A stretch of 64,000 bases of DNA from Narcine bancroftii (GCF_036971445.1 NC_091472.1:109988001-110052000); one strand, 5' to 3'; positions 23,633 to 37,000 are shown, numbered from the stretch's first letter. Notes: a model not told the origin generated them from the letters alone. Numbers and translations: made by a program.

Positions 23633-23981
23633 TAGTGGTTTTCAAATTGCTCCCAATCTTACATTCCACCTTAAGTAATCCCTGTGCCACACGTGCTCTG
23701 TGATTAGTCAGGGATTGCTTACATGAGTGGCAAGGGAAGGTTGAGAATCACTGCTCTCGACCCAATTGTTAACTGAGATATTTTGTTTCAGAAAAAATGT
23801 CATTGGCCCATTTCCTTTGGAGTTATGGAACTGTGCAGAAAGCGAGTCAATTAGGGACAATTAAAACAGTGGTTTTCAAACTTTTTTTCCACCCACATCC
23901 AATCTTAAGCAATGAGCACCTATGGCATAAGGATTGCTTAAGTTGGAATGTGAGGGGGCGGGTGCACTTTGAAAACCACTG
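23633..23981. mobile_element. hAT-Charlie-like MITE composed of two palindromic units
   Basis: terminal (C/T)AGTGGTTTTCAAA at 23633 and 23868, with inverted TTTGAAAACCACTG ending at 23981; internal TAAG...CTTA palindromes. Confidence 0.65.
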
Positions 23982-24290
23982 CTTTAACCTTATTCCCCAC
24001 CACACAGTTGGTGTTGTAATTTGATCATCAAAGTTTGTTTTGTCTCAAGTGAAAATTTGACATTGCTTTCCCACAATGGTTTTTTTTTAAATTTTAGTTT
24101 TGTTTTCCTGCTATTTTAATTTCTCAGGTTTCTTTGTTTATTTTACTGTGAAATTGCCACTTACCAAGATCATTCAAATCAAGGTGGCTTGCAAAACAGG
24201 TCAACTTCAATCATTTGTTTCTGTTTATCGAAACCCCGAAACGGTATTTCCAACCAAAATTTCAGATCTTTTAAGAAATAATTCCAAGAT

Positions 24291-24420
24291 TTTATTTCAA
24301 ATATATGCAGTAATGAATATGCAATAATAGTTATCGTCAATGTTTTATAGTTCAGGTAAATAGGCAAAACTGGCTTAAAAAGTGATTATACAGATATTTC
24401 AAAATATAATAAATAAAAAT
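24291..24420 (-). terminator. candidate THBD poly(A) signal and upstream AU-rich element
   Basis: minus-strand AATAAA at 24291-24296; minus-strand TTTTTATTTATTATATTT near 24402-24420. Confidence 0.4.
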
Positions 24421-25144
24421 GCACATGTTCCTTCTCTCCATTGTCCCAATCCCAAATTCGTGGACCAATTATTGACGTAATTCAAAGTGAAATGCAACGA
24501 TCGAACATGGACAAGCTTATTTTTCACTGTGTGAATATCAGACGGCAAGTCAAGAGTCAAACACGAACGATATAGAGGAGACCCGGATCAAGTCGCCCAA
24601 TCACAGCCCATATTCATCAATTTAAAAAATAGAGAGCTCCAAAAACTGCTGGGATCTTTTCATTTAAAGCAATATGTGTCGTGCATAATTGCCCAAGTAA
24701 TCATCGTCCAATCATTAACTCATTTAGGACTTTGGGACTCTCACTTTCCGTTACCTCGTCGTTCGAGCTCACTGACCACCTGAGTTCTCTGCTCCAAGTT
24801 CAACAGGTTACCCCGAGGACTGGAGTGGGTCTCGCATGTGCCGCCCGCTTGCCTTTGGGAGAACGCACGTGAACACGGGCTGCTGAAGGGGGGGGAAATG
24901 CTGCGTTTAAAGGCTATTGAACCCTTGGGCTCATGTCCGACCTGTCGTCTGACATCAGCTCCCGGCGGAATGGACTGGGAGCCAGGAAGCGTTCAGAGAT
25001 GGGGTCTGTCCGATCGCTCACACTCGCTGCGTCGAGTCACCAGGGTGCAAGTTCAAGTCCTCGGCTCACCCACCCCCGTGATTAGGTTCGACACCCCCCC
25101 CCCCCTGCAAAGTTTGTGGGAACCGTAGGCGGCCGCGTTGAGCT

Positions 25145-26776
25145 TCAGGTGCCCACGTTCGTCGTGTCGTTCGAGTACTGGTGCTTGAGGTCGTCCCCTG
25201 CGGAGACCTGGCTCAGGTTGACGTCCTGCTCCGTGTTGGCCGACTTGTATTTGGTGGACGTTTGCCACTTCCCTCTCTTTTTAAGCAGATGGTGGCCCAC
25301 CCCCGCGAAGACCAAAGTCAGCACGGCGATGGCAAAAATGCACCCGAGGACCACGCCGAGCGACAGGCTGGCGAGGTGCGGGGGTGGCCGGGTGGTCGAG
25401 AGCGTCTCCTTTTCGGTGGGCGGAATGCCGGAGCCTTCAAACTCGCAGTTCAACCCGTTCTCGCTCAGCTCGTAGCCCTCCTTGCACTCGCACTTGAAGC
25501 CGCCGAAGGTATTGACGCAGTGGTGGCCCAGGCAATACACCGCGCACTCGTCTTCATCGTGGCACATTCGAGTGCTGTCGTCCAGAATGTAGTTGAGGGG
25601 GCACAGACACTCGTCGCCGTAGCAATCGGCCTTGCAGACCTCGGTTTGGCAGTAGAAGACGCACTGTGTCCGGTCCTGGGGGTGGGGTTCGTAGCCGGAC
25701 TTGCACGAGCAGATGAAGCTCCCGTCCGTGTTGTGGCACTTGTAGGCGCACGCCTTCGTCAACTCCATGCACTCGTTGATGTCCTCGCACTTGCCTTCCC
25801 CGGATAACCGGTACCCGTCCCTGCAGCTGCAAGTGAAGCTGCCCGGCGTGTCATGGCAGTCGTGGTCGCAAGGCGACGACTCGCACTCGTCGATATCGAG
25901 GCAGCTTTTGCCGTCGGTGTCCAGGCGGTGCCCGCTTCTGCAGGCGCAAAGGCCCCGGTTGCCCTGCACCAGGCAGTGGTGGTCGCACCTCTCCTCGTCG
26001 CACGGGTTGGCCGGCGCGCAGCTTCGCCCGTCCTCCTTCAGCCCGTGTCCGGGGAAGCAGCTGCAACTGGGCGGCGGGCCGGCTTGGCAAACGTGATCGC
26101 AGCCGCCGTTCCTCACTTGGCAGTCCCAAGGAGCCGGGGTCATCGGCACCCAATCCCGGCTCTCGTTGCACTGGAAGCGGGTCCCCGACGGGGCGACCAC
26201 GGCCACGGTGCCGGGAGACAGCTCGGTGGTCTGGCCGCCGAGGGGCGTGAGGTAGGCGACCGAACCGTTGCCCGGCTCCAGCGGGACGCAGCTGTCGTTG
26301 CGGCGGTGCTCGCATAGCACACCGTCAGCCTTCTCTTTGCAAAGACGGTCCATCCACGTCCCGTGGCTGGAGACGGTCACGCAACGGGGTCCGCAGGCTT
26401 CGGACACCGACCCCCAGTTGACGTACTCGGCCTCGCTGTCCCCGTCCAGCCAGCGGTAACCCCGCAGGGGGTTGGTGCTGGTGGGACACACCTTCTGGTG
26501 AAGTTGGAGGCCGAGCCAGAACTGCGAGTTGGGGTCAACTCCGGCGCTCTGCAGCAGCCGAGCGACGATTTCGGCCGCCGCTTTGGAGCGCACTGCCATC
26601 GCGTCGCCCTTCCCGCTCTTGCAGATGTTCCTGGCCATGTTAAACTTCCTCCGCTCCCTCTGCAAACTGTAACAGAAGTTGGCCGCACAGAGGCTGGGAG
26701 CCGATCTCTCCGTGGCTTGGAGATCCGACTGCACCAGGGGCACCAGCGCACACACGACGGTCCAGGCCAGCAGCAT
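25145..26776 (-). CDS. THBD: thrombomodulin, single exon, about 543 aa
   Basis: signal peptide MLLAWTVVCALVPLVQS; C-type lectin domain (FWLGL); sushi-like linker; six EGF modules including the diagnostic short EGF5 (C...CKADC...CLCPLNYILDD); short S/T stalk; TM helix; tail EQDVNLSQV; synteny with SSTR4 and CD93. Confidence 0.93.
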   Translation of the reverse strand: MLLAWTVVCALVPLVQSDLQATERSAPSLCAANFCYSLQRERRKFNMARNICKSGKGDAMAVRSKAAAEIVARLLQSAGVDPNSQFWLGLQLHQKVCPTSTNPLRGYRWLDGDSEAEYVNWGSVSEACGPRCVTVSSHGTWMDRLCKEKADGVLCEHRRNDSCVPLEPGNGSVAYLTPLGGQTTELSPGTVAVVAPSGTRFQCNESRDWVPMTPAPWDCQVRNGGCDHVCQAGPPPSCSCFPGHGLKEDGRSCAPANPCDEERCDHHCLVQGNRGLCACRSGHRLDTDGKSCLDIDECESSPCDHDCHDTPGSFTCSCRDGYRLSGEGKCEDINECMELTKACAYKCHNTDGSFICSCKSGYEPHPQDRTQCVFYCQTEVCKADCYGDECLCPLNYILDDSTRMCHDEDECAVYCLGHHCVNTFGGFKCECKEGYELSENGLNCEFEGSGIPPTEKETLSTTRPPPHLASLSLGVVLGCIFAIAVLTLVFAGVGHHLLKKRGKWQTSTKYKSANTEQDVNLSQVSAGDDLKHQYSNDTTNVGT

Positions 26777-26867
26777 TTTCTGGCGATCCTGTGCCGGCAG
26801 CCAAGCTGAATCCCGTTTCCCCTGCACTGTTCCGTGCTGTGCTGGTGGGACAGCGCTGCGGCTCAGA

Positions 26868-26905
26868 TTTAAATAGACTGGCGTCAACCGTGCAAGAAAG
26901 GAAGT
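26868..26905 (-). promoter_or_regulatory. THBD core promoter candidate (TATA-like box, ETS site)
   Basis: minus-strand TATTTAAA at 26868-26875, about 90 bp before the ATG; AGGAAGT at 26899-26905. Confidence 0.55.
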
Positions 26906-28699
26906 TCGTAAAAGGTTGGGGCTGTGATGCAAGTGATTGAAGTGGCTTCTGTCCCGGGGCCAACTGCCCTTCTCTCTCGCTACGAGAATCCGAGCCAAAA
27001 GTATCTTTTTTGGAAAAGGAATTTCGGGAACACGGACATGCATCGCCGGAAGAGATTGAGATGATTGCTAATTTTGTAGCTGCACGCCCTCCCTCACACG
27101 CTGCCGGTACGGCCAAGATGAACGTAGCGAAGGGGGGTGGGGGGAGATGTCCCTAAGTTTCCTGGCCCTTGTATATCCTTTGGGTCCGTCTACTGTGTTC
27201 GTGTCCTCAGTGCAAATGCCAAATAGATAAATGGTGTTCCAGGAAGGTTTGTTGTACACCAATCATTCAACTTCCTCTCGTGTAGGAAGCTGGCGATTGA
27301 CCAAGACGCACCTCTCTTTATGTCAGACCCAGTTAAGGATTCAAGATTTCATTTCAGGTCATGTATATAGAATGTACTTTGTTTCCCCCACTCCGCCCCG
27401 TAGAGATACACAAAGAGGCCCCACTTGTCAAGCACCACCTTGAAGATGAGAAAGTGAAGGAAAAGAGAGTCCCTACAGAGACATGCAGTGTCCGTGAATC
27501 CCACCACCACGACCTCTGCTACCGCCTCCTGTGCTCTGTAGCCGCAGGGCCACTTGTCCAGCCAGTGGTGAACCCGAGCTCCAGACTCTCCCTCCTCGGT
27601 TCCTGGTCCCCAACGCCCGATACGACGAGGAAGCAGTCAGCCACCGAGACCCTTCGTCACTAGGGTCGGTGTCACCCAATGCGGTAACTCATGGTGTCAC
27701 TACCCCCCATCCCATGGATCTCCTCCCATACCAGACCATACAGAATCCTTAGTAAGGTCTTTTTGTACCTAATGTACTCATAAATCGTCATTTCTGGTAT
27801 ATCATCGAATGTCATGGCAATAGTTGTGAGATAAGCAACTAGCAAAATTAAAATTACTCCTTTAACTTACAACATCATACTTACAACAGCAATGAAAACA
27901 ACAGTGTGTGCTTGTAACGCAGGCACATGAAACCTCATGATTCGAAATGGCATTGTAATTGGGTAATAATGACAGCTCTGACCCGATTGCATTAGAAGAT
28001 TCAAAAAGTTTTAGCCTGGGAGGTATATTGATACATGTAAGGTGGGTTTACAAAGAATATTTTTGTTGTAATAACTAACTACAGGGATAATTTTTGATTT
28101 AAAAAAAATATTAAATTTCTGCTGAAACACTGCACAAAAAATTTATAAACAGTTATTTTTAAATCTCTCCCTCTGATGATATCACCCAGTGTGGTGACAC
28201 CAGTGCTTCAAAGGCTCCTGGTCAACATTGGCACCCTCATGGATCCTGGTCCCAATGCCTGGTTCCCCTCCAGCCAGTCTCCAGCAGCCTTCGACCTTCT
28301 GCAGCAAGTCCCTCATTGGTCGACTGCCATGGTCCACTCTCCTAGGGTTTTCCTTCTTAGTGGGAGGATGTCTCTCCCTTTCATCCCTTTCGTGCCCTGC
28401 ATTGGTCCCCTACTCTCTGGGAGCCAACACTCCATTGAGGTCTGATCTGCCATGCACTGACACCACCTTCTTGGAAGCAGGACCTCCAATGTAAAAATAA
28501 TTGCTGACTTGCAAGGGGTCATCAGGTGTGTGATCCCATGGATCAGTGCAAGGGGACCTGGCTGCTGGGCTTCATTAGAACTGTGAGGAAACTGTATCCG
28601 TGACAGTTACTCAGTATATACAATGTTTAAACATTACAGCAGAGAAAAACAACTTTGCATTCACCATTTCAGCTGTAAACTCATTCCGCACTCTCATTA

Positions 28700-29210
28700 T
28701 TCTCTGAAAATGTTCCCCTAATGTTCACCCTAAACATCTCATCTTTCACCCGAACCCATGTCCTCGAGTTTATGATTTACCCATCCTCAGTGGAAAAAGC
28801 CTGCTTGCATTATCCCTCATGAGTTTTTTTTCCTCTATCAAATCCCCCCCCCCCCACATTCTTCTATGCTCCATGGAATAAAGCTCTACTCTTTTCCTGT
28901 AACTCAGTTCTCAAATCCCACGCAACATCCTTGTAAATTGTCTCTGCACTATTTAAATCTTATTGATATCTTTCCTGTAATTAGATGATCAGAACTGCAC
29001 ACACTACTCCAAATTTGGCTTCAGCGATGTCTTATACAACCACCATAATGTTTCAATTCCTGTTTTCTATACTTTGATTTACAAAGGCCAATGAGGCCAA
29101 AAGCTTTCTTTACGACTCTAACTGTGACACCACTTTCAGGGAATTGTGTATCTGTATTCTCAGATTGCCCTACTCTACTGCACTCCTCAGTACTCTACCA
29201 TTTGACAACG
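28700..29210 (-). mobile_element. CR1 LINE 3' fragment
   Basis: CAGAACTGCACACACTACTCCAAATTTGG, the minus-strand CR1 LEYCVQFW-type region. Confidence 0.65.
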
Positions 29211-30257
29211 TAAATAAATCATCATATTTTGTGATATGGCAAAGTCACACTGATGCATGTCAAACTGGGACCCCAGCTGTGCATCTAGTGTGGTGATTGA
29301 TGTCTACTTGGGGCTAACGCAGCTGGCATTGCCTGTTTATGGAAAAACAATGGAAAATTATTTAAAAACTGTAGGATAAAATCTAAACTAAAAACAAAAT
29401 ACACATTATGTCGCTGGAAGCACTAAGTGTGTCAGCTGATGCCTTTGGAAGGGAAACGGATAAGTCTAGGGCCCTTATTCAGAATTCAAAATTGGTTAAA
29501 TCTGTTGCAGAGAGGACTGAGGGGAATGACTGGCAATTACTGCTTGCCAAATTCAGTCCAACCCTCTTAAAGGGCTCCAGCCCAAAATGTTGACCACATT
29601 TTTTCTTTATTGATGTTGATCAATCACCTCCAGCAAGTTTTTTTTGGCACATTTAGCATTGGTCTTTGATAACAGTGTACAATCATTGGGGATGTTACTG
29701 AGCAGCTTGAAAGTTAAAGATATGCTTACTTATACACTATTGGAATTATGTATGTTTTTTGTGAGAATACAGTCACCTTGCGTAAGGAAAAACATAAGCA
29801 CAAGTAGTGGCAGATGCTTGAATCTGGAGCAAAAAAAGAAAATACCTGCTGTTAAAACTCAGTGGGGTTACTGGAATCATCTGATGAGTTATCACTGAGT
29901 GGATGGAGACAGAAGCATCCACTATACCTACTGAGGCTGGGTTTCTGAAGCCAATAGACTGTTACCAGCTCAGAGAAACACAATAATTGTAGATGCCAGA
30001 ATCTTTTTTTTTTGAAAATTTTACTTAAAATTTTTTCCATACATATAATATTGCCCAGGTACAAATTATAACAATCAACAGCAAGTATCAAATAGATGCC
30101 AGAATCTTGAGCAAACACTGGTAGAAACAGACAGCTTTCAGGGTCAGGACCATTTATCGAGGTGGATAGAATTTGAACCTGTAAGTGGCTTGAGTACAGC
30201 ATATGCTTGAGGTCCATCTGCAAGGCAGATTGCTTCTCTGGTTCAGTCTTCCCTCCT

Positions 30258-30399
30258 NNNNNNNNNNNNNNNNNNNNNNNNNNNNNNNNNNNNNNNNNNN
30301 NNNNNNNNNNNNNNNNNNNNNNNNNNNNNNNNNNNNNNNNNNNNNNNNNNNNNNNNNNNNNNNNNNNNNNNNNNNNNNNNNNNNNNNNNNNNNNNNNNN
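30258..30399. other. assembly gap (N run)
   Basis: run of N. Confidence 1.
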
Positions 30400-31740
30400 A
30401 TGCACAAAGGAAACTCATGTGTGCACCAAAGGTTAGTTCCCTAAAATAAGACAGTAATGAATAATTATACTTATTGAAAATAATCTCTTAGCTAACGGTT
30501 TCTGTTAACTAATTTGCCAGTTTTTCAAATACCACATTTGCGCATCACTAATTTACATCACCTCACCTTTCCTGTTCCAGTTTGTACAGCTGCAGCACGG
30601 TTACAAACATGTTTGGTGAACAGTGTTCATATTGTAAAGTCTACAAAGATCGGTTTCAAATTCTGTAGATAGTTTACTGAGTTTTTATTGAAAAAAATAT
30701 TGATTCAGTTTCTCGAATTCAAAAGAAGGGTGTGAAGCGCAAGAGAACTGCAAGTTTGTTTAAAGTTGAATGGCTTAACAAAATAGTAGAAACTGATACA
30801 CAGTTAGCACATGAAGTCATGGACGTTCAGCTGTAAGAAATATTTATATATGATTTGGAAACTGCAGTTATCTGTTTGTAGTGAGGTGATGGGAAAGTTT
30901 CTGGAGAATTTGCTTGTGGCAAGATGTACGATAATATTTGGAAACTTGACTTTTTGAAGCATCACTTGGCAAGTAAATCGCATTTAGATGGTGTACAAAA
31001 GCTCAGGCAACAAAACCAGTCATTTCCTGTTACAGGAGTGCTATGCATGTTACATGAGAGTTCAGTGAGTGAGAGCAAAAATGTTCAAACCCAGAGGAGA
31101 TCAAAGTTCTTATCAACAGCATGTTGCTAGCTGTTAAAGTGAATAACCCTTTACATTCAGTTCAACACATTAATGAACATATGGAAAAGTATGTTCAACT
31201 CCCAGATGGAAGTTCTATTCGTTTAGATATAGAGTTTACAAAACATGAGTCATTACCAAAGACAGAATGAGTGGCTTAAATATGTTGTTCTGTTGTTATT
31301 CTGTACAATTTTATATCAAATATTTTGTAAACCTACATAAACTGCCCTGCGTGTAAAAATTTTCATATTAATCACCTGGATAGTTCATCAAATAGCTTGG
31401 TAATTGAATGAGTTTTGATTTAACTATTTCCAGCAACTTTAATAATAATAAACTTAGAATTGATGGGTGTTACTGATATTAATTTATTTTGACATTGCAT
31501 CACATAAAAATAAGATATACTCATTGATATTTAATGGAACAACAAATTGAACTAAGTAGTTCAAAGTATTGAATAAAATCTTAACTAAATATGTTACTTC
31601 ATAGAATGCGGTCATACTTGTATTATAATAAAACCTGACAATACAGTTTTATTAGCCATGAGAGATAGGCTGTGCCAAAATTATCTTGAAATAATTTCAA
31701 GTTTACATTTGTACAAGCAAATGTCACAGGAAAAAAAAAT
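30400..31740 (+). mobile_element. hAT (Tip100/Arthur-like) DNA transposon remnant
   Basis: degraded reading frame KRKRTASLFKVEWL...IC...F.CG...WKLDFLKHHLASKSHLD, resembling the ZNF862/C17orf113-type zinc finger of hAT transposases. Confidence 0.5.
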
Positions 31741-31799
31741 GAGGGGTCTTAACCCATCCTTCCAGCCCCTCCCCACCCTGATTAGGCACCTCTGACTAC

Positions 31800-32420
31800 A
31801 ACTGGAGTAGGTACAATGTGTTTACCCCTATATCTCCCTTCACCTCCACCCAGGACCACAAACTGACTTTCCAAGTGATGCAGAATTTCACACGCACCTC
31901 ATCCAACCTAGTCAACTGCGCTCAGTGTATGAGGCACATCAGTGAATACCTATGGTCTGTCTTTGGATGGAAGTTTCCAGCCATTTTAATTACTTTTACA
32001 ATTTACAATTCCCACACAGTCTGTCCTCACCCTCATCCATTACCAGGGTAAGGCCAAACCTAAACTTTAGGAACAAGATATCACATTTCTTCTGGACAAC
32101 CTTAAACCTAATGGCATGAACATTAAACTTCCAAATTTTCAGGTCAGTCCCACCCCTCTCCAGTTTCCCTTTCCATCTGTTCCATACTTGCTTTTTAACT
32201 TCACCCACCACTGAGTGGACACTTGTCCTACCTATCTCCCCATTCCACCTCTGACCATTTGTCCAGTACACTAACATTTCAGCCTCTGTCCAGTCTGTTC
32301 CCCACCCAACTTTATGATGGATGCCTCCCCTTCATACTCCAGTCTTGAGAAAGGTGAAACACTCACCATCCACATCTCTTTGTGAATGTTGCCAGACCTG
32401 CCGAGTCTCTCTGGCTGCAC
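31800..32420 (+). mobile_element. Penelope-like element 3' fragment
   Basis: KLTFQVMQNFTRTSSNLVNCAQC, a degraded GIY-YIG start, followed by CCTAATGGCATGAACATTAAACTT. Confidence 0.6.
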
Positions 32421-34097
32421 TTTGCCATCTCCAGTGCAGTTCTGGTGCAGGGTGGACAGATTGCTGCCTGTTCATTGTGTTTCTCAAGCAATTTGTTTTT
32501 ATTTTGCCAAGGAAAGGTGTATTTACCTTCAGCAGAATGCAACAAAAATTCACGAGACTGATTCTTGGGATTTGGCCATTGCCCCTTAAGACATATAGAG
32601 GAGATCTCATTGAAAGATGAAATCTTTACAGTATGGGGTTGCTCTGATTGAAAAAAATTAAAAAAACATAGAGCCAGAAATCACTTAGGGTAAAGACAAA
32701 TATTTGGTTCATCAAGAAAAAGGTAAATCTTTGCTATATACTACCACAGAGGTCTTTTGATGACTAATTTATGAGTATGATCAAGACCAAGAAGGAAAGA
32801 TTTGAGCAATGAGAGATTTGGGGTGAGATGAAACTGAAATTTAAGTTTGGAAGTTAAACATATTCTGGCTGGAGGGAGTCCATGTTTTTTACCCCTGCTG
32901 CTTAAGGTTCTTTTGCAGTACGGAAAATGCTGCTGAGTTTATTTTCATTACTAATAAGTGGAAATTCTACCTCACCAGCAGAAAAAAAATAATTTCGAGT
33001 TATATGTGATGTCATGCATTCTCTGACAATAAATTTGAAATCTGAATTCTGGCATTTTGCTCAGCCCATAGGCCTTAGTCTCTGTGCAGGAAGGGTAAGT
33101 GAAGGAGACAAGAAAATGGATATGGAAAAAGAGGAAATTTACCCAGCACATGATTACCAAAAGAAACAATCTCTGTCTCACTGCAGCATAAAGTGGGAAG
33201 GATAATTTGGGTTAGGATAGAGAATCTTGATGATATGCACCATGGGCACAGAGGCCCTGTGTAATCAGCCATGGAAATGTAGCACCTCACAACTTACCCA
33301 CCTTCAGCCCATTCAGCTTCATGTTGGCCCATCCGTGAAATAGTCTGTGGTCACCAAATTGGCCTCGGTAATTTTCTTAGGACCCGCAGAAAGAGAGTGA
33401 AAGTCAATATCCTCAATCATAAGGGAAAAAATATAAATAACTTGAAATTTTCATAATTCAAACAGAGTAATGTTTTAGCATGGAATAAAAGAATTCCTTT
33501 CTTTCTGTGTGGTTCAGATGTGGATAGAATAATGAAGAGCATCTGTTGATCTGCAAAAGACATGACTTCAGTGCAGACCAGAATCACAACTCAATTGTGA
33601 CTTTTATCGATATTTGCCGAGACATACAGAACAAAATAACGAGACCTCCACCATCTACTTTTCAGAAATGGGGTATTTCTCATTCAGGCGTTGTAGATCT
33701 AGGATTTATGCACTATCTGATAGTAAGCCAACATCTTAAAAATAATCTGATTTAAACTTGGCAATAGTGATAAGTAAGGAAAAACACATATTGAGACTTA
33801 AGCTTTTAGTCAGACAAACTTTCATGCAATAAAGTAAAGTGTCTTTGGTAAACTGGATAGAGCTGTCTTGGAGCAACAAGTCAGCTGTGCAAATCTTCAA
33901 CACACTATAAGGGGAACACAGTTAGCCCAGTGTTGTTACAGCACCAGGAACCTGGGTTTGAATCTGTCTTTAAGGAGTTTGTCCATTCTACCCATGACAT
34001 CTCTGAGCTTTGTCCAGATGCTCTGATTTTTTCCCCACATTCCAACGATGTATGAAGTTGGTAGGTGAATTTATCATGGGCTGGAAGCCCCTGTTTC

Positions 34098-37000
34098 TTA
34101 TTTTTTCATAACTTTATTTATTCATTCAACAAGGTTATTACATACAATAGAAAAAGTACATATTGTGAACAATAAAAAAAATATAAAAAAGAATCCCCCC
34201 TCCCCCTCTCAGCCAGCTTTTAGGAGAGCCAAAAAGAAAGTAAACTAAAATATATTTGCTAAAATCTGATCAAAGCAAATTTAAATGTAAATATTCTGAA
34301 TATAAAGACTGAATATTAAGAAAAAAGAATAATCATCATGTAAACTTTTTCCATTACCAAACAAGTTTTCATCTCATATGCCATCTATTAATATCAATCA
34401 CGTTAGCATTTTTCCATGTACTTACTATACATTTTTTTTTGCAACAGATAAAGCTAAATACACAAAAGCAATCTGAAATTTATCTGATGGCAAATCTTTC
34501 AAAGGCTTCAACTTACCCAACAAAAATATTGTCGGGTCTAAAAGTATTTTAATCTTATACAAATGTTCCAAAAACAATTGAATTGCTTTCCAAAAAGATT
34601 GTATATGTTCACATAACCAAACAGGATGAAAAAAAGTTCCAACCGAATTACCACACCTAAAACAAGAGTCTGATTCACTAAAACTATTTTTTTAAAACTT
34701 TTCAGGTATTAAATACAATTGATGTAAAAAATTGTAATTAACCATTGCATAACGAACATTTATCAATCTAGTAACACCATCATGACAAATATCTAACCAG
34801 TCATCCTCGGAAAAAATAAGGTTAATTTCCTTTTCCCATTTAATCTTAGATCTATCCCATCCCTTTTTTTCCATACACTCCTGTAATATTTGGTACATCA
34901 ATAAAATATATCCCTTCTTTGGTGCAATCACAAGAAAAGATTCAAATTTAGTCAATTTAGGTAAAATCATATCTCTACCAAATATTTGTTTTACTAAAGA
35001 TCGAAGTTGATAATAAATGAATAAAGAATTATCATTAATACCAAAATCTTCCCTCATTTGATTAAAGGATAAAAATTGACCTTCTTTAAAACAATTCCCC
35101 CAAGTTTTTTATACCTTTAGATTTCCAATGTAATAAACATTGATTATACATTGAAAAAGGAATAAGTTGATTATTATATAATGGTGTTAAAGTCAATAAT
35201 TTACCCTTAGAACCTATCATTCTATTTTTTATCATCCATAACTTCATTAAATGCTTTAGTAGAGGCACATTATATTGTTTTAATAAATTTAAATTCCACC
35301 GAAACAAAAATTGATGTATTTCAAATTCAAAAATACTCGCCATCTCAATTTTAGCCCAACTAGGGGGCCATTCCAAATTCATTAAAGAACTAATAAATTA
35401 AAAAAATAATAAATTTATTATTTTCAAAGTAATTTTGAAAATGTGGTAAACGTAATCCTCCTAATACATATTTCCAAGTTAACTTATTCAAAGCTACTCT
35501 CGGAAATTTACCCTTCCATAAAAATTCCGTAACCATTTTATTTAAATCTCAGAAAAAATTCTTATTAAGTAAACATGGAATTGACTGAAACAAATATTGT
35601 ATACGTGGAAAGATATTCATTTTAATTGTATTTATTCTTCCAATTAAATTTATAGGAAGATCCTTCCACTTAATCAAATCAGCTTTGATCTTTTTCATTA
35701 ACAGTATATAATTTAATTTACATAAAGATTGATAATCAACATCCACATTTATACCCAAATATTTAATTCGATCAGTCCACTTCAAATTAATAATATTCTT
35801 ATAAACTGAATAATCTCCTTCACCTATCGGTAAAATTTCACTTTTTTCTCAACTAACTTTATATCCAGACAAAGATCCATATTGTGTTAAACACTCCTTC
35901 AAGTGTAAAAGTGACTGAGCTGGATTTGTTAAATACACCAGTACATCGACAGCAAATAGATTAATTTTATACTCCTCATCTAAAACTCTCATACCTTATA
36001 TCTTTGTATTTTATCGTATAAACTGTGCTAAAGGTTCAATTACTAATGCAAACAAAGCTGGAGACAGAAGATAACCTTGTTGAGTTTAATGAGTTAATTT
36101 AAAAGGTTCCACGATCTGACCATTTGTCAATACCCTGGCTATTGGTTTATTGTATTAAGCTTTAATCCAACCAATAAAAGAAGGACCAAACTTAAATTTC
36201 TCTAAGACTTGAAATAAAAAGTTCCACTCAGCTCTATCAAAAGCCTTTTCTGCATCGAAAGATATCACCATCGGATGGTCAGGGCACTGTCGATATTTAT
36301 TAATCAAACTAATCACTCGAAGAATATTATCCGACGCATATCTATTCTTTATGAAACCTGTTTGATCAACATGTATCAACTTAGGTAAAAATTTAGCCAA
36401 TCAATTCGCTAATACTTTAGCTATTATTTTATAGTCTACACTAAACAAAGAAATTGGTCTATATGAAGACATCTTCAATGGATCTCTATCCTTCTTAAGA
36501 ATTACAGTAATTAAGGCACTAGAGCATGATTCAGGTAAATTATAAGGTTCCTTAATCTGTCATAACACATCTCCAAACACTGTAGATAAATCATCATAAA
36601 ATACCTTATAAAATTCAACCAAAAACCAGTTATCACAAGGTGATTTTCCATTCGGCATTTCCAACATGGCCAATTTAATTTCTAAATCAGTAAAAGGAGC
36701 CTCCAGCTCCAATATATCTTCTTCTAATACCGATAATTTCAACATTGATATAAAGGAATCAATCGATCCACTCTCCTGTTTTTCCTCAGAAGTATATAAT
36801 TTCTTATAAAATGAGTAGAACTCATCATTAATCTCACAAGATTTGTAAGTAACAGTTGAATTTCGTCTAACTGCATTAATAACCCTTGATATCAGTTCTT
36901 TCTTTAACTGCCATGCAAGTACCTTATGTGCTTTCTCACCCCATTCATAATACCGTTCTTTAGATCTATTAGTCAAGCATTCAAATTGATAAGATTGCAA

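Noticed and set aside
26840-26860. GGACAGCGC as a REST/NRSE site
   Set aside because: Only the right half-site is present; the left TCAGCACC half is missing.
26777-27043. 89-aa upstream extension of the THBD ORF
   Set aside because: It crosses the TATA-like box and has no signal-peptide character; the signal peptide begins at 26776.
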